A DNA stretch of 64,000 nt from Dehalococcoidia bacterium. GTDB taxonomy: Bacteria; Chloroflexota; Dehalococcoidia; Dehalococcoidales; RBG-16-60-22. The notes beneath the pieces are model-generated. The model searched no databases. It saw only the letters and a list, made by a program, of their open reading frames with translations, and was not told where the DNA came from. The stretch is taken from contig DUFB01000065.1 in the NCBI GenBank assembly GCA_011192005.1, forward strand, positions 16,843 to 80,842, given 5' to 3'. Shown here piece by piece: positions 9,405-19,838 of the stretch (positions within the stretch are counted from its first letter, which is position 1; each line of letters opens with the position of its first letter). The position numbers and the translations under genes were made by a program.

Positions 9405-9878
9405 CTAGAATTTGCCTCGGAGCATCTGGTAGGTATCAGACAGGGCCTGGGGTATAACACGCAAATCTGCAAGTACGGGGATATAATTGGTATCACCCTG
9501 CCAGCGGGGCACGATATGACTGTGAAAATGGTCTTCTATACCGGCCCCGGCTACCTTCCCGATGTTCGCCCCAATATTGAATCCACCCGGATCAAATGCC
9601 TTTTTGAGAACCTCCAGGCTTTTACTGATAAGTTCGAAGTGCTCGTTCCTCTCTTCTTCCGTCAGTTTTCCCGGGTCGGAAACATGACTGTAGGGGGCTA
9701 TCAGCAGGTGACCGGGATTATAGGGATAGCTGTTGAGCATGATGAAATTCGTTTTACCGCGGTATAGTATATAGTTCTCAACATCCTTCTTCTCGGCGGG
9801 TTTATCGCAAAGAATACAACCCTCCGGCTTTTCGCCGAGGATATACTGGATACGCCAGGGTGCCCAGATATGCTCCAT
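9405..9878 (-). CDS. HIT-family nucleotide hydrolase/transferase
   Basis: 157 aa with the histidine triad DHFHSHIVPRW and N-terminal WAPWRIQYI. Confidence 0.75.
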   Translation of the reverse strand: MEHIWAPWRIQYILGEKPEGCILCDKPAEKKDVENYILYRGKTNFIMLNSYPYNPGHLLIAPYSHVSDPGKLTEEERNEHFELISKSLEVLKKAFDPGGFNIGANIGKVAGAGIEDHFHSHIVPRWQGDTNYIPVLADLRVIPQALSDTYQMLRGKF

Positions 9879-9990
9879 AACCTTCTCCTGTACAAGCTAC
9901 GTTGTTATTTTAATCAGCCGGAAATACTACGTCAATGGTACATGAGAATCCTTGTTTGGTGTATTTTACGCCTTTTACCTTCGACTCCAT

Positions 9991-10020
9991 TTGGCTTCAC
10001 ACGCAGACTTATGATATAAT
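9991..10020 (+). promoter_or_regulatory. Extended -10 promoter for a small basic ORF
   Basis: TTGGCT (9991-9996), 18-nt spacer, TGaTATAAT (10012-10020). Confidence 0.4.
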
Positions 10021-10056
10021 ATTATGCAATATATTAAAATATAAAAGGATATAATC

Positions 10057-10194
10057 ATGACTGCTAAGACTAAAAAACCCGCCGAAACAGAAAAGCCTGC
10101 CAGAGACCTGCAGTCATTTATTGAAAACGTTAATAAAAAAGACAAAATTAACGGCAAGAGAATCCGCTTTGCCTTTACCAAACGTAAGAGATAA
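10057..10194 (+). CDS. Small basic protein (45 aa), hypothetical
   Basis: ATG at 10057 preceded by AAAAGGA. Translation MTAKTKKPAETEKPARDLQSFIENVNKKDKINGKRIRFAFTKRKR. Not in the ORF track because it is under 60 aa. It is antisense to the 68-aa ORF at 9975-10181. Confidence 0.3.
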   Translation: MTAKTKKPAETEKPARDLQSFIENVNKKDKINGKRIRFAFTKRKR

Positions 10195-10206
10195 CTAACC
10201 CCTTTT

Positions 10207-11214
10207 TTAACTCTTCTGATTTTGTTCTTTTTTTAAAAACAGTTCATCCGTGGAAAAATCCGGCAGATAATATCTGGGAGATTCCATCCCCTGCAACCAG
10301 CCGTTTTCCATCCCCAGCTTATCTACCAGCCTGACCACCCTGGCATACTCCTCCTTGGTTATCCTTCTATTCAGTTCCCTGTATTTATAAGCGCGGTATG
10401 ACGGATGGTACTGCGACATGATGCTGACGGTTACCCGGGGAGAAATCTCGTCGACCAGCCATCTCAGCGATTCCTCACTGCCGGCAATATCGTCAGGCAG
10501 TATCAGGTGCCGGATAATCAGCCCTTTCCGAGCGATACCGTCCTCATCCACTTCTAAATCTCCCACCTGCCGGTACATTTCCCTGATAGCCGAGTGGGAA
10601 CTCTCCACATAATGACGCACGTGGGAATATTTCCTGGCATATCCATCGGAAGAGTACCGCAAGTCGGCGAGATAGATACTGATTATTCCGTCGAGTTCCT
10701 GGAGAGTCCGGGTGGAATCATAGCTGCTGGTATTGTAGACGAGGGGCAACGTGAGCCCCATCGGCACCGCTTCCAATACGGCGCGGACAATCTGGGGAAC
10801 GAAATGAGAAGGTGTCACCAAATTGATATTGTGACACTTCAAATCGTCCTGAAGATAAAGCATGCACTCCGCCAGTCCGCGGGTACTAATCTCATCGTGC
10901 TGCTTGTTTTCCGGTTCCTGGCTGATCTGGTAGTTCTGGCAATATACGCAGCGCAGATTACAGTTAGCAAAGAAAATCGTTCCCGAGCCCCGTCTGCCGG
11001 AAAGCGCCGGCTCCTCGCCGTGGTGGGCGCAAACGGTCGAAATAATCGGGAGTAACCCCGAATGGCACGAGCCTGTCTTACCCGCGAGTCGATCAGTACC
11101 GCATTCCCGGGGGCAAATATCGCATTCGGAGAGTCGTTCTTCCAGTTTTTCAGCGCGTCTCTGCAATTCTCCGGAATGATATAAGGAGATATATCCGGGT
11201 TCTTCCATATTCAT
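10207..11214 (-). CDS. Radical SAM enzyme (PflX-like activating-enzyme family)
   Basis: CNLRCVYCQNY radical-SAM Cys triad plus an N-terminal Cys cluster (CDICPRECGTDR...GSC). Confidence 0.75.
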   Translation of the reverse strand: MNMEEPGYISLYHSGELQRRAEKLEERLSECDICPRECGTDRLAGKTGSCHSGLLPIISTVCAHHGEEPALSGRRGSGTIFFANCNLRCVYCQNYQISQEPENKQHDEISTRGLAECMLYLQDDLKCHNINLVTPSHFVPQIVRAVLEAVPMGLTLPLVYNTSSYDSTRTLQELDGIISIYLADLRYSSDGYARKYSHVRHYVESSHSAIREMYRQVGDLEVDEDGIARKGLIIRHLILPDDIAGSEESLRWLVDEISPRVTVSIMSQYHPSYRAYKYRELNRRITKEEYARVVRLVDKLGMENGWLQGMESPRYYLPDFSTDELFLKKEQNQKS

Positions 11215-11618
11215 GGTCCCTTCCTTTTTACCTCAAGGTTGAGCCCTTCAATATTCACAATTTCCACCTCTTCGCCAATATCAATATCACCACTCAAGGA
11301 TTTCGCCTTCCAGTACTCGTCCGCAATCTTAATCACGCCCTTCGGTTTCAAAGCCTGGGTTACCTCGCCAGCCCGACCTATCATGCCTTCTCTACCGACT
11401 ACCTTCTTTCTGCGCAGGCTGGGCACTATTGCCCGGTGCACGATAAATACAAAAGTGCCCACAATCAATCCTATGATGACAAGGAGATAAATGGGTATAT
11501 CCACATCAAAAGCCCAGAGAATAACGAAAAGCAGTACCAATGCAGCGATATCATCCAGTAATGCCACCAGGACAATTACCCAGGCTTTCATACCTGAAGA
11601 TTCGCCTTTTTTAGTCAT
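11211..11618 (-). CDS. NfeD-family membrane protein
   Basis: Two or three N-terminal TM helices. The C-terminal OB-like segment [30 protein letters not shown] is typical of NfeD. Confidence 0.65.
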   Translation of the reverse strand: MTKKGESSGMKAWVIVLVALLDDIAALVLLFVILWAFDVDIPIYLLVIIGLIVGTFVFIVHRAIVPSLRRKKVVGREGMIGRAGEVTQALKPKGVIKIADEYWKAKSLSGDIDIGEEVEIVNIEGLNLEVKRKGP

Positions 11619-13305
11619 TTTTCTGCTGCTTCTGAATCTTTGCCCAGGTATCGCGGAGTGTAACTATCCTGTTGAATACCAGTTTTCCCGATGACGAATC
11701 CGGGTCAACGCAGAAATATCCCTGCCTTTCAAACTGGTACCGACTCCCTGGCGTGGCACCGGCAAGAGAAGGTTCGACCCGACACGATGTTAATACCTCG
11801 AGGGAATCAGGATTTATATAGTCCTTAAAATCCTTTCCGTCTTCCACATCCGCGGGGTCTTCCTTGTTAAACAGGTGGTCGTACAAACGTACCTCGGCTT
11901 CGATGGCGTGCTCGGCAGAAACCCAGTGCAACGTTGATTTAACCCTGCGTCCGTCGGGGGCATCACCACCCCGCGTAGCCGGGTCATACGTGCAGTGGAC
12001 CTCAATCACCTCACCGCTTTTATCCTTGACCACGCCGGTACAGGTCACGAAGTAGGCGTATCGCAGTCTCACTTCGCTACCCGGTGTCAGACGGAAGTAC
12101 TTGGGAGGAGCTTCTTCAAGAAAATCATCCTGTTCGATATACAGCACGCGGGAAAAAGGCACTTTACGCGTCCCGGCGGCGGGGTTCTCGGGGTTATTGA
12201 CCGCGTCGAATTCCTCTACCTGACCCTCCGGGTAGTTATCAATTACCATTCGCAGGGGACGCAGCACTCCCATGACACGCTGAGCCCGCTGGTTCAAATC
12301 CTCCCGGAGGCAGTGCTCCAGGAAGGCAATATCAACGGTGCTGTTGGTCTTGGCTACTCCGGTACGCTGGCAGAAGGTCCGGATAGTTTCCGGCGTATAG
12401 CCGCGGCGGCGTAAACCGCAGAGGGTCGGCATACGGGGGTCGTCCCAGCCACTTACCAGGCCTTCCCGTACCATTCTCAGCAACCGGCGCTTACTCGTCA
12501 TGGTATAAGTCAGATTGGTTCGGGCAAACTCAATCTGTTGAGGATGATAAATACCCAGCTCATCGAGAAACCAGTCATAGAGAGGGCGGTGGTCTTCAAA
12601 TTCGAGAGAACAGAGGGAATGGGTAATCCCTTCGATGGAATCCTCAAGGCCGTGGGCCCAGTCATACATCGGATAAATACACCATTTATCGCCCGTACGT
12701 GGATGACTGGCGTGCAGGATACGGTACATGACCGGGTCGCGCATATTCAGGTTGGGGGAGGTCATATCGATCTTCGCCCGGAGTACGCGGGAACCATCCG
12801 GGAATTCCCCGGCCCGCATGCGCCGGAATAAAGCGAGGTTTTCCTCTAGCGGGCGCTCCCGGTAGGGACTCAGCCTGCCCGGCTCCGTCAGAGTGCCGCG
12901 ATAATCTCTGATTTCCTCCGCGCTCAGCTCATCGACGTAAGCTTTACCGGCACGGATAAGCTGCTCGGCGTATTCATACATTTGCTCGAAGTAGTCCGAG
13001 GCATAATACAGGCGGTCTCCCCAGTCCCAGCCGAGCCAGCGTATATCCCGTATTATCGCGTCGATATACTCCTGTTCCTCCTTGACGGGATTGGTATCAT
13101 CGAAGCGTAAATTATAGAGACCGTTGAACTCTTCGGCAATGCTGAAACTTATCCAGATGGCTTTAGCATGCCCGATGTGCAAATAGGCGTTAGGTTCAGG
13201 TGGAAACCGGGTATGTACCCGTCCGTCGTACTTGTTCGTCAGAAGGTCCTGGCGGACAATATCCCTGATAAAATCGCTGGCTGGCTTGCTGTCTTCTGTG
13301 GTCAT
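11611..13305 (-). CDS. glnS: Glutaminyl-tRNA synthetase
   Basis: [16 protein letters not shown] (HIGH motif), [17 protein letters not shown] (KMSKS-like). 564 aa. Confidence 0.9.
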   Translation of the reverse strand: MTTEDSKPASDFIRDIVRQDLLTNKYDGRVHTRFPPEPNAYLHIGHAKAIWISFSIAEEFNGLYNLRFDDTNPVKEEQEYIDAIIRDIRWLGWDWGDRLYYASDYFEQMYEYAEQLIRAGKAYVDELSAEEIRDYRGTLTEPGRLSPYRERPLEENLALFRRMRAGEFPDGSRVLRAKIDMTSPNLNMRDPVMYRILHASHPRTGDKWCIYPMYDWAHGLEDSIEGITHSLCSLEFEDHRPLYDWFLDELGIYHPQQIEFARTNLTYTMTSKRRLLRMVREGLVSGWDDPRMPTLCGLRRRGYTPETIRTFCQRTGVAKTNSTVDIAFLEHCLREDLNQRAQRVMGVLRPLRMVIDNYPEGQVEEFDAVNNPENPAAGTRKVPFSRVLYIEQDDFLEEAPPKYFRLTPGSEVRLRYAYFVTCTGVVKDKSGEVIEVHCTYDPATRGGDAPDGRRVKSTLHWVSAEHAIEAEVRLYDHLFNKEDPADVEDGKDFKDYINPDSLEVLTSCRVEPSLAGATPGSRYQFERQGYFCVDPDSSSGKLVFNRIVTLRDTWAKIQKQQKND

Positions 13306-13331
13306 GGTTTCCTATTGTCCTCCTTTCCTTC

Positions 13332-14810
13332 TTACAAACCTTTACTCGTTTCAAGCCTGGTTATAGCTGCTTTAATCCTTTTCATGCATCTTTCTTTGCC
13401 CAGCACCGCCATCGTTTCAAAGAGGGGCGGGGTGGCATTACGGCCGGTGGTTGCGACGCGAAGCAGGCTGAAAAGCTGCCCCGTCTTGATTTCTAAATCC
13501 CCGGCGAGATGCCGGAGGGTATCTTCTAACAAATTGTGGTCAAATTTATTCAATGACGATAGTCTTTCTCCGGCGGCTTTCAGTGCCGCTAACGCTGTTT
13601 CCGGGGTCATCTTCTTACCCACCAGCATCGCGGTTTCATATTCAAGCTCATCAACGAAGAAGAAGTCGGCATAGGTGGCAGCATTTTCCAGGATATTGAT
13701 ACGCTCCTGAACCAGCGGCATCATCTGCCGGACATAGCCAATATCCACCGGGCGTTTGACCTCTTCAGGCAGTCCCTTTTCCAGGAAAGGGAGCACCCGG
13801 CTCGTTAAATCTTCGACGGACAAGCCGCGGATGTAAACGCCATTCATCCAGTCGAGTTTATCACGGTTGAAGATGGCGCCGGTCCGGCCGATGCGATCGA
13901 GGGAGAAGTAGTCGATTAGCTCCTGGCGGTTCATTATCTCGGTCTTATCATCCAGCGACCAGCCGATTAGCGAGAGGAAGTTCAGCATGGTCTCCGGGAG
14001 GTAGCCGTGCGCGCGGTAGTCCAGCAGGGACACATCGGCATGACGCTTGCTCAGCTTGGCGCGGTCGGGGCCGACGATGAGGGGATGGTGGACGAACTGC
14101 GGCGGTTCCAGTCCGAGGGCCCTGTATATGAGGAGGTGGCGGGGCGTACTGGATATCCATTCCTCGGCGCGGATGACGTGGGTAATCTTCATGGCGGCGT
14201 CATCGACGACGTTGGCGAGGTGGTAGGTGGGATAGCCGTCCGACTTGAGCATGACGAAGTCGTCGATGGTGGCGTGGTCGAAGCTGACATCGCCGTAGAT
14301 AAGGTCGATGAAGTCCGTATGACCTTCCAGAGGTACTTTAAACCTTACGACCGGCGTGATGCCTTCGGCTTCCTTTTGCGCACGCTCCTGCGGGTTTAGC
14401 TCGCGGCAGTGTCGGTCATAGCCGGTGGACTGCTTGAGGGCGGCCTTCTCCTTCCTCATGACTTCGAGGCGCTCCGGGGAGCAGTAGCAGCAGTAGGCAT
14501 CGCCCTGCTCAACGAGTCGGCGGGCGGCCTCGGTGTAGAGGGGGAGTCGCTGCGACTGAAAGTAGGGACCATAATCGCCGCCGACCTCGGGTCCTTCATC
14601 CCAGTCGATACCGACCCAGCGGAGGGCATCCATGATGTCCTCAACGGCGCCGTCCACCTTGCGGGCGAGGTCGGTATCCTCGATGCGGAGGACGAAAGTA
14701 CCGCCGTAGTGGCGCGCCATGAGGTAGTCGAAGATGGCCGTGCGGATATTACCCACGTGGGGCGAGCCGGTGGGACTGGGGGCAAAGCGTACTCTGACAG
14801 GCTGAGCCAT
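13332..14810 (-). CDS. gltX: Glutamyl-tRNA synthetase
   Basis: VRVRFAPSPTGSPHVGNIRTA, LRIEDTD, KLSKRH. Start placed at the ATG at 14810 (GGAAAGG RBS) rather than the ORF-track start at 14843. Confidence 0.9.
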   Translation of the reverse strand: MAQPVRVRFAPSPTGSPHVGNIRTAIFDYLMARHYGGTFVLRIEDTDLARKVDGAVEDIMDALRWVGIDWDEGPEVGGDYGPYFQSQRLPLYTEAARRLVEQGDAYCCYCSPERLEVMRKEKAALKQSTGYDRHCRELNPQERAQKEAEGITPVVRFKVPLEGHTDFIDLIYGDVSFDHATIDDFVMLKSDGYPTYHLANVVDDAAMKITHVIRAEEWISSTPRHLLIYRALGLEPPQFVHHPLIVGPDRAKLSKRHADVSLLDYRAHGYLPETMLNFLSLIGWSLDDKTEIMNRQELIDYFSLDRIGRTGAIFNRDKLDWMNGVYIRGLSVEDLTSRVLPFLEKGLPEEVKRPVDIGYVRQMMPLVQERINILENAATYADFFFVDELEYETAMLVGKKMTPETALAALKAAGERLSSLNKFDHNLLEDTLRHLAGDLEIKTGQLFSLLRVATTGRNATPPLFETMAVLGKERCMKRIKAAITRLETSKGL

Positions 14811-14977
14811 GGCAAACCTTTCCGATGGACTGGTACAATCCATTCTACCACCAAAGCCAGCCAGATACCAAGAAGGAGCCAGATTTTGAGAAGAAACAAA
14901 CAGAGACTGGAAGGGGGGTGAACGGGCTTGAATTGTACAGATGGTTATGTTAAGTCTGATTCATAGGAGCAGACAGG

Positions 14978-15745
14978 CTACCTTACCTCGATTCGGTCTA
15001 CCCATTTAATCCACGTACCGCCAAAGTCGCCTTCTACGACCAAACGCAGCGGGAAGCCGTGCTCCACCGGAAGTACCTCGCCATTGACGGTATGCGCCAA
15101 GAAAACACCATCGTGCAGAATATCCTCGATTGAAAACTTTTGCTCATAGTAGCCATCGGCCGAATAGAAGACCACAACTTCAGCCCCGGGCTTGATGCCG
15201 GCTTCCTTTAACAGCGTTTTTACCGGTATGCCCATCCACTCGGCGTTATCAGCGAAGAAAGCGGGGCATATAAGAAGAACCACGCGGGTGACGGTGGGAT
15301 ATCCAAGGAGAGTTTCATAAGTAAGGGCGAGTTCGTTTTCCACTAATCCGTCAATGATGAGGCGGTATTGTGTTATATCCACTTCAGGAGCCGAGCCGGT
15401 GATATGCAAGTGTTCCGTGGATGTTATGGGGAGCTTCGAATTATCAACTTCCGCAGGGTCTCTATTGATGAGGTTGGAGAGATCATCCGCCCGGTCATTA
15501 CCAGGTGTCCGGCCGGGTATCTGGTTATCAGCTTCAATCTCATCCTGCGTTTGCCCTGCCAACGGCGACGGCGGAGTCGCCGAATCCTGTTGAATGGACA
15601 CGCAGGAAGAAACAGCTATAACCGAGCCCGAAGCGACCATTAAAAAGACGAAAAGCAAACCCAAGTGGTTCTTAGGCAATACAGCGCCCTCCCAAAGAAT
15701 AGGATTATTTACTCTACCTATATTTTTAACCTTAACGCATATCAT
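14978..15745 (-). CDS. Secreted/lipoprotein molybdopterin-dependent oxidoreductase domain protein (sulfite-oxidase/MsrP-fold)
   Basis: Lipobox-like AVSSC. C-terminal ADGYYEQKF...NGEVLPVEHGFPLRLVVEGDFGGTWIKWVDRIEV is typical of the Oxidored_molyb domain. The start codon is uncertain. Confidence 0.6.
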   Translation of the reverse strand: MICVKVKNIGRVNNPILWEGAVLPKNHLGLLFVFLMVASGSVIAVSSCVSIQQDSATPPSPLAGQTQDEIEADNQIPGRTPGNDRADDLSNLINRDPAEVDNSKLPITSTEHLHITGSAPEVDITQYRLIIDGLVENELALTYETLLGYPTVTRVVLLICPAFFADNAEWMGIPVKTLLKEAGIKPGAEVVVFYSADGYYEQKFSIEDILHDGVFLAHTVNGEVLPVEHGFPLRLVVEGDFGGTWIKWVDRIEVR

Positions 15746-15966
15746 GTATGTGACTTTACTCTCATGGAAGAATGATACGGGGCGGGAGGGTGGAAAGAGG
15801 ATAAATTTGCTTGAACTGTTTTCAGGAGTTATGTCAGATGAGTTAGGATGAGGTGTGAGAAACGTCTTATTCCACTTGTAGCTTTGCGGTATATAATGAT
15901 ATCATAGGTATCTATTTAGAAGTCCGTACGCAGAGAGAACAGCCCAGCCGGGCGGGAGGCAGGCAC

Positions 15967-16527
15967 ATGGAGAACGACAGGATAATACAGGACGGGAAAG
16001 ACATTACCGTGGTGGTGAGCCGTAATGTGTACCCGGGGCACGAGCGGGAGTACGACGAGTGGGTACGCAAGCTGGTGGCGGCGGCTAAAGAGGCGCCGGG
16101 GAACAAGGGTGTAACGATGCTTATCCCCGAGCCGGGTAAGTCTGGGTTGTACCACGTCGTTTTGAGATTCGTCGACGAGAGGTCGGTGCACCTGTGGGAG
16201 ACCTCCTACGTACGCCAGAAACTGTCGCACGAGGCGGACGAGTTTTCACGGAGAATCCGGCAGGAAGCCACCGGCCTAGAAACGTGGTTCTCCCTCCCCG
16301 ACTGCCCGCAGCTGGAGGCGCCGCCGCGCTGGAAGATGTTCACCGTGACCGCGATAGCGGTGTACATCCTGGCGTCCATCATCGTGCCGCTGCTGGACAT
16401 GGCCTTCGAGAACGTTAACTTTTACGTCGTCAATATCCTGACGAGCTTGCTGCTGGTGGGCATCCTGACTTACGCCGTGATGCCCTGGCTGAGCCGGTAC
16501 GTCCTGCGCCGGTGGTTGTACAAGTGA
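15967..16527 (+). CDS. ABM (antibiotic-biosynthesis-monooxygenase-like) domain protein with C-terminal TM helices
   Basis: 186 aa. The N-terminal ~100 aa resemble a ferredoxin-like ABM fold. The C-terminus has two hydrophobic helices. Confidence 0.4.
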   Translation: MENDRIIQDGKDITVVVSRNVYPGHEREYDEWVRKLVAAAKEAPGNKGVTMLIPEPGKSGLYHVVLRFVDERSVHLWETSYVRQKLSHEADEFSRRIRQEATGLETWFSLPDCPQLEAPPRWKMFTVTAIAVYILASIIVPLLDMAFENVNFYVVNILTSLLLVGILTYAVMPWLSRYVLRRWLYK

Positions 16528-16534
16528 GGGGGCT

Positions 16535-17317
16535 TTAAGAGGGAAATATATCGTTGATGACGCCCGCGAATACACGGCGTAACCTTTCACGGGCGTTTCT
16601 GAATTTGTCCGAATCCAAGTCGGGTATTACTTCTTCCTCGAAGCTATCTCCCTCCAGGTAAGCCGGGAACCTGAGCTCAATCTGCAACGCCTCGATAGCG
16701 TCCATAGCCCCGTAGTACCGGGTAATGTGCCCACCAATCCACTTATCGTTAGCGACGACGCGAAAACCGTGGCGACGATAGCTCCGCTCGAAAGCATCGA
16801 TAAGGTCTGGCGAGCAGGTAACGCCGTTAACATTGCCCAGGCAGACGTCAACCTCGGGACCCCGGTAGTAGCTGTGCAAATCCAGCAAATACGCATGCCT
16901 GCTTTCCTGAAGCATTTCTTCCAGAAGATCAGATAACTTGCGGTGATACGGGGAGTAATAATCGCTGACCCGCCTTTCGACCTGAATACGCGTCGGTTCC
17001 CTTTCATAGAGAGGTTTGCTGAAACAGGTATTTTCAGGAACAACGCAGGTGTTTTCCGGTCCGAACAGCGGTTCGGTTAAAGAACGGTTGAGATTGACGA
17101 CATAGCGACTGTGGGTGGCGTGAATCACGGTGATACCCAGTTCCGGGAGGAAATCGTACAGTCTTTCCAGGTGCCAGTCCAGCGGCGAAAAGGCCGGGAG
17201 AGGGTCCTGCCTGAACTGCTTTTTTACCTCCGGGGGAACATGACTGCCGCTGTGAGGAAGGCTGGCAACGACGGGTATTCTGTTTTCAGGGGGGACATGC
17301 AGGTTAAACAGCCTCAT
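16535..17317 (-). CDS. N-formylglutamate amidohydrolase family protein
   Basis: 260 aa. VVASLPHSGSHVP and LLDLHSY strings resemble the FGase family. Assigned by eye. Confidence 0.55.
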   Translation of the reverse strand: MRLFNLHVPPENRIPVVASLPHSGSHVPPEVKKQFRQDPLPAFSPLDWHLERLYDFLPELGITVIHATHSRYVVNLNRSLTEPLFGPENTCVVPENTCFSKPLYEREPTRIQVERRVSDYYSPYHRKLSDLLEEMLQESRHAYLLDLHSYYRGPEVDVCLGNVNGVTCSPDLIDAFERSYRRHGFRVVANDKWIGGHITRYYGAMDAIEALQIELRFPAYLEGDSFEEEVIPDLDSDKFRNARERLRRVFAGVINDIFPS

Positions 17318-17336
17318 CCAGCCTCCTTTTTACCCG

Positions 17337-18530
17337 TTAATCCTCTTTTTTCGTCGGAGTCGGGGGACGGGGACCGGGTGGATTTTCCATATAGAGTTCC
17401 TCGTGGACCTTCTTGAGCCAGTTAGGGATATCGATGTGCTGGGGGCATTTCTCCAGGCACTCGCCGCACTCGGTGCACTTGTCGGCGCGACGTTCTTGGT
17501 CAAGCCCGAAGGGGCCGTTATAGCGGAACTGCCCTATATGGGTATCCTGATACATCATGGCGTCGTCATAAATCTGGAAGATAGCGGGGATATCCACGTT
17601 GTTGGGACAGGGTAAACAGTATTTGCAATCGGAGCACTTGATGGGCCTTATACTGCGGTAAGCCTTGCGTACCTTATCAATGACAGCCTGGTCATCTTCC
17701 GTGAGAATGCCCGCCCGGGCGGCATCGGCGATTTCCAGGTTCTGGACAACCTGCTCCATCATGCTCATGCCGCTGAGAGCCAGGGTAATCTCGGGCTGGT
17801 CCCATACCCAGTGGAAAGCCCACTCCACCGGCCGGAACTTGCGCGATGACTTCGCCCATTCCTTGGCGACGGGCTCCGGGGGCTCTTTGGCGAGGAGTCC
17901 GCCGCGCAGGGGCTCCATGACAACGACGGCCAGTCCCTTGCCGGCGGCGTATTCGACGCCCTTAGTGGTGGCCTGGGTGTCCCTGTCCATGAAGTTATAG
18001 AGTACCTGGGCGAGCACCCAGTTATCGTAGGAATCAACAATCTCTTTGAAGACGTCGTACTCATCGTGGAAGGAGAAGCCGAGTCGGTCGAAGTAGCCCT
18101 TAGCCATCTGCTTTTCCGCCCAGTCGAGCACCTTGAAATCCCTGACCTTGTGCCAGCTATCCTTGCCCAGCCCGTGCAGCAGATAGAAATCTATTTTATC
18201 GATGTCAAGTCGTTCGAGCTGCTCGTTGAGAATACGGTCGAAGTCGTCCGCTTTTTCAATCATGCGGGCAGGCAGCTTGGTGGCAAGCCTGGCCTTCTCG
18301 CGGTAGCCGTCTTTGAGCGCCCTGCCGACGAGTTTCTCGCTGTTGCCCATGTGGTAGAGGTAAGCGGTATCGATGTAGTTGACGCCGTTATCGAGGGCGT
18401 GGCGTATCATGCTGATAGCCTCGGGTTCGTTGATGTTAGCCTGGTCTCCGTCGATGACTGGCAGGCGCATGGCTCCGAAGCCGAGCACTGAAACCTGCCA
18501 GTCGAGGCTGCCGAACTTGCGGTATTTCAT
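17337..18530 (-). CDS. Aldo/keto reductase with C-terminal 2x[4Fe-4S]-type Cys motifs
   Basis: N-terminal MKYRKFGSLDWQVSVLGFGAMRLP. C-terminal CSDCKYCLPCP and CTECGECLEKCP. Confidence 0.8.
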   Translation of the reverse strand: MKYRKFGSLDWQVSVLGFGAMRLPVIDGDQANINEPEAISMIRHALDNGVNYIDTAYLYHMGNSEKLVGRALKDGYREKARLATKLPARMIEKADDFDRILNEQLERLDIDKIDFYLLHGLGKDSWHKVRDFKVLDWAEKQMAKGYFDRLGFSFHDEYDVFKEIVDSYDNWVLAQVLYNFMDRDTQATTKGVEYAAGKGLAVVVMEPLRGGLLAKEPPEPVAKEWAKSSRKFRPVEWAFHWVWDQPEITLALSGMSMMEQVVQNLEIADAARAGILTEDDQAVIDKVRKAYRSIRPIKCSDCKYCLPCPNNVDIPAIFQIYDDAMMYQDTHIGQFRYNGPFGLDQERRADKCTECGECLEKCPQHIDIPNWLKKVHEELYMENPPGPRPPTPTKKED

Positions 18531-18690
18531 AGAGTTCTCCCCATTTGATAGTGATTTATAAGCAGACGATATATCGGTATCTATAATAGTATTTTCTCAC
18601 GTATGGGGGTTGAGATGCAAACGGGGGAAGATTGAGGAGGGCGAAGAAAAAATGGAGTGATAATAATACCCTAATTCAACTAATTGATTT

Positions 18691-19662
18691 CTAGTGATAA
18701 CGCCAGAAACCTAAAGATTCTAGCAGTAGCCGTCTCGCTAAATGTTGCACATTTGCCACATCACATATTGTAAGAGATTTGGCTAGTTTAGATAGTCTAT
18801 GTGCAGATATTTTGCTTCGAAGCCAACTTGCATAAGCTATAGCATCAATAACTTTCATATAAATATCTCTAACTTCATAACTAGCCCATTCTGTTTTCTT
18901 TTGTGCAATAGGCTTTCGCTTTTTTTGAATTCTGGTCGGCGTCTCGCGTATATGCCACATCAAATCTTCTGATAAATCGATACCTGCTGTAATAAGACGT
19001 TTTTCAAGGTTAATTTTTACTTCAGGATTCCATCTATGGTTGATTAGACTTGGTCTTTCAGATGAAGCACGGATTTCTAGGGAAAGCTCTTCTAGTACAG
19101 AATAAGCCTGAGTGATTGCATTTGCATATAAAACATGCTCTTTGGTAGATATAGTAACTACTTTACCTGGAGCCCAATCACCGAAGTTAGGATCAAGTGC
19201 ATGTCCCCATAATGGTACAGCATGATAGCATAAAAAATACTTAAAAATAGCATATTGATAAGAATATCTATGAGAAGCTTTAGTGGCGATTAGACAAGAA
19301 ACAGCTAGATGTTCGGCACCGATACGATTATGACCACCAACCATTATTCGGTCATTAGTTTCATTTCCTGTCTCAGCCTTATATGGATAAACTACTCTAT
19401 CTTCATCTGTTATCAAATCACCAGTATACAAACAATGAGCAGCTAGTATTAGGTTAGCGACGTATTGGGCTCGTTCTGTTGATTGGGCATATATAACGAT
19501 CTCCTTAGCCAATTCGCCATTAACGTAAGTATTACATGATTGGTTTTGTTCAAAGAAGACCTGCCAACCTCTGCCTTTACAGTAGTAACCTTCTTCCTGA
19601 TTAGAGTCTAAAATGATTAAATTGGTATAATATTTGTTCATATTCTTGGTTAGGCACATCAT
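18691..19662 (-). CDS. Orphan hypothetical protein on an AT-rich islet, with a C-terminal HEPN-like R-x5-H motif
   Basis: 323-aa ORF. Hand counts of 60-nt lines give about 32-45% G+C inside versus about 62% in both flanking genes. Motif WLRSKISAHR lies near the C-terminus. Confidence 0.5.
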   Translation of the reverse strand: MMCLTKNMNKYYTNLIILDSNQEEGYYCKGRGWQVFFEQNQSCNTYVNGELAKEIVIYAQSTERAQYVANLILAAHCLYTGDLITDEDRVVYPYKAETGNETNDRIMVGGHNRIGAEHLAVSCLIATKASHRYSYQYAIFKYFLCYHAVPLWGHALDPNFGDWAPGKVVTISTKEHVLYANAITQAYSVLEELSLEIRASSERPSLINHRWNPEVKINLEKRLITAGIDLSEDLMWHIRETPTRIQKKRKPIAQKKTEWASYEVRDIYMKVIDAIAYASWLRSKISAHRLSKLAKSLTICDVANVQHLARRLLLESLGFWRYH

Positions 19663-19784
19663 TATATCACTTTATTAAAATCTATCAAATAGATATAACT
19701 AATGCTATGCGGGATTAGCCTAGGATGATACGAGGGCGGCTTGGGTGGGAATAGATAACTTTTGATGGGGCGGGGAGGGGCTGG

Positions 19785-19828
19785 ATTCCCGCTGGAGTCT
19801 ATCCCGTACCACGATACGGGGCGGGAAT
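19785..19828 (-). terminator. Nested hairpin immediately downstream of rluD (possible terminator or repeat element)
   Basis: ATTCCCGC (19785-19792) pairs with GCGGGAAT (19821-19828). Inner stem CCCGTA/TACGGG at 19803-19820. No clear U-tract. Confidence 0.3.
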
Positions 19829-19838
19829 GACGATAATC

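Noticed and set aside
9975-10181. 68-aa hydrophobic minus-strand ORF
   Set aside because: It lacks promoter and RBS signals, whereas the opposite-strand 45-codon ORF has both. It is kept only as the less likely alternative.
14409-14921. 170-aa plus-strand and 147-aa minus-strand alternative ORFs over the gltX 5' region
   Set aside because: They overlap the clear GltX coding frame (HIGH region). They are GC-rich shadow ORFs.
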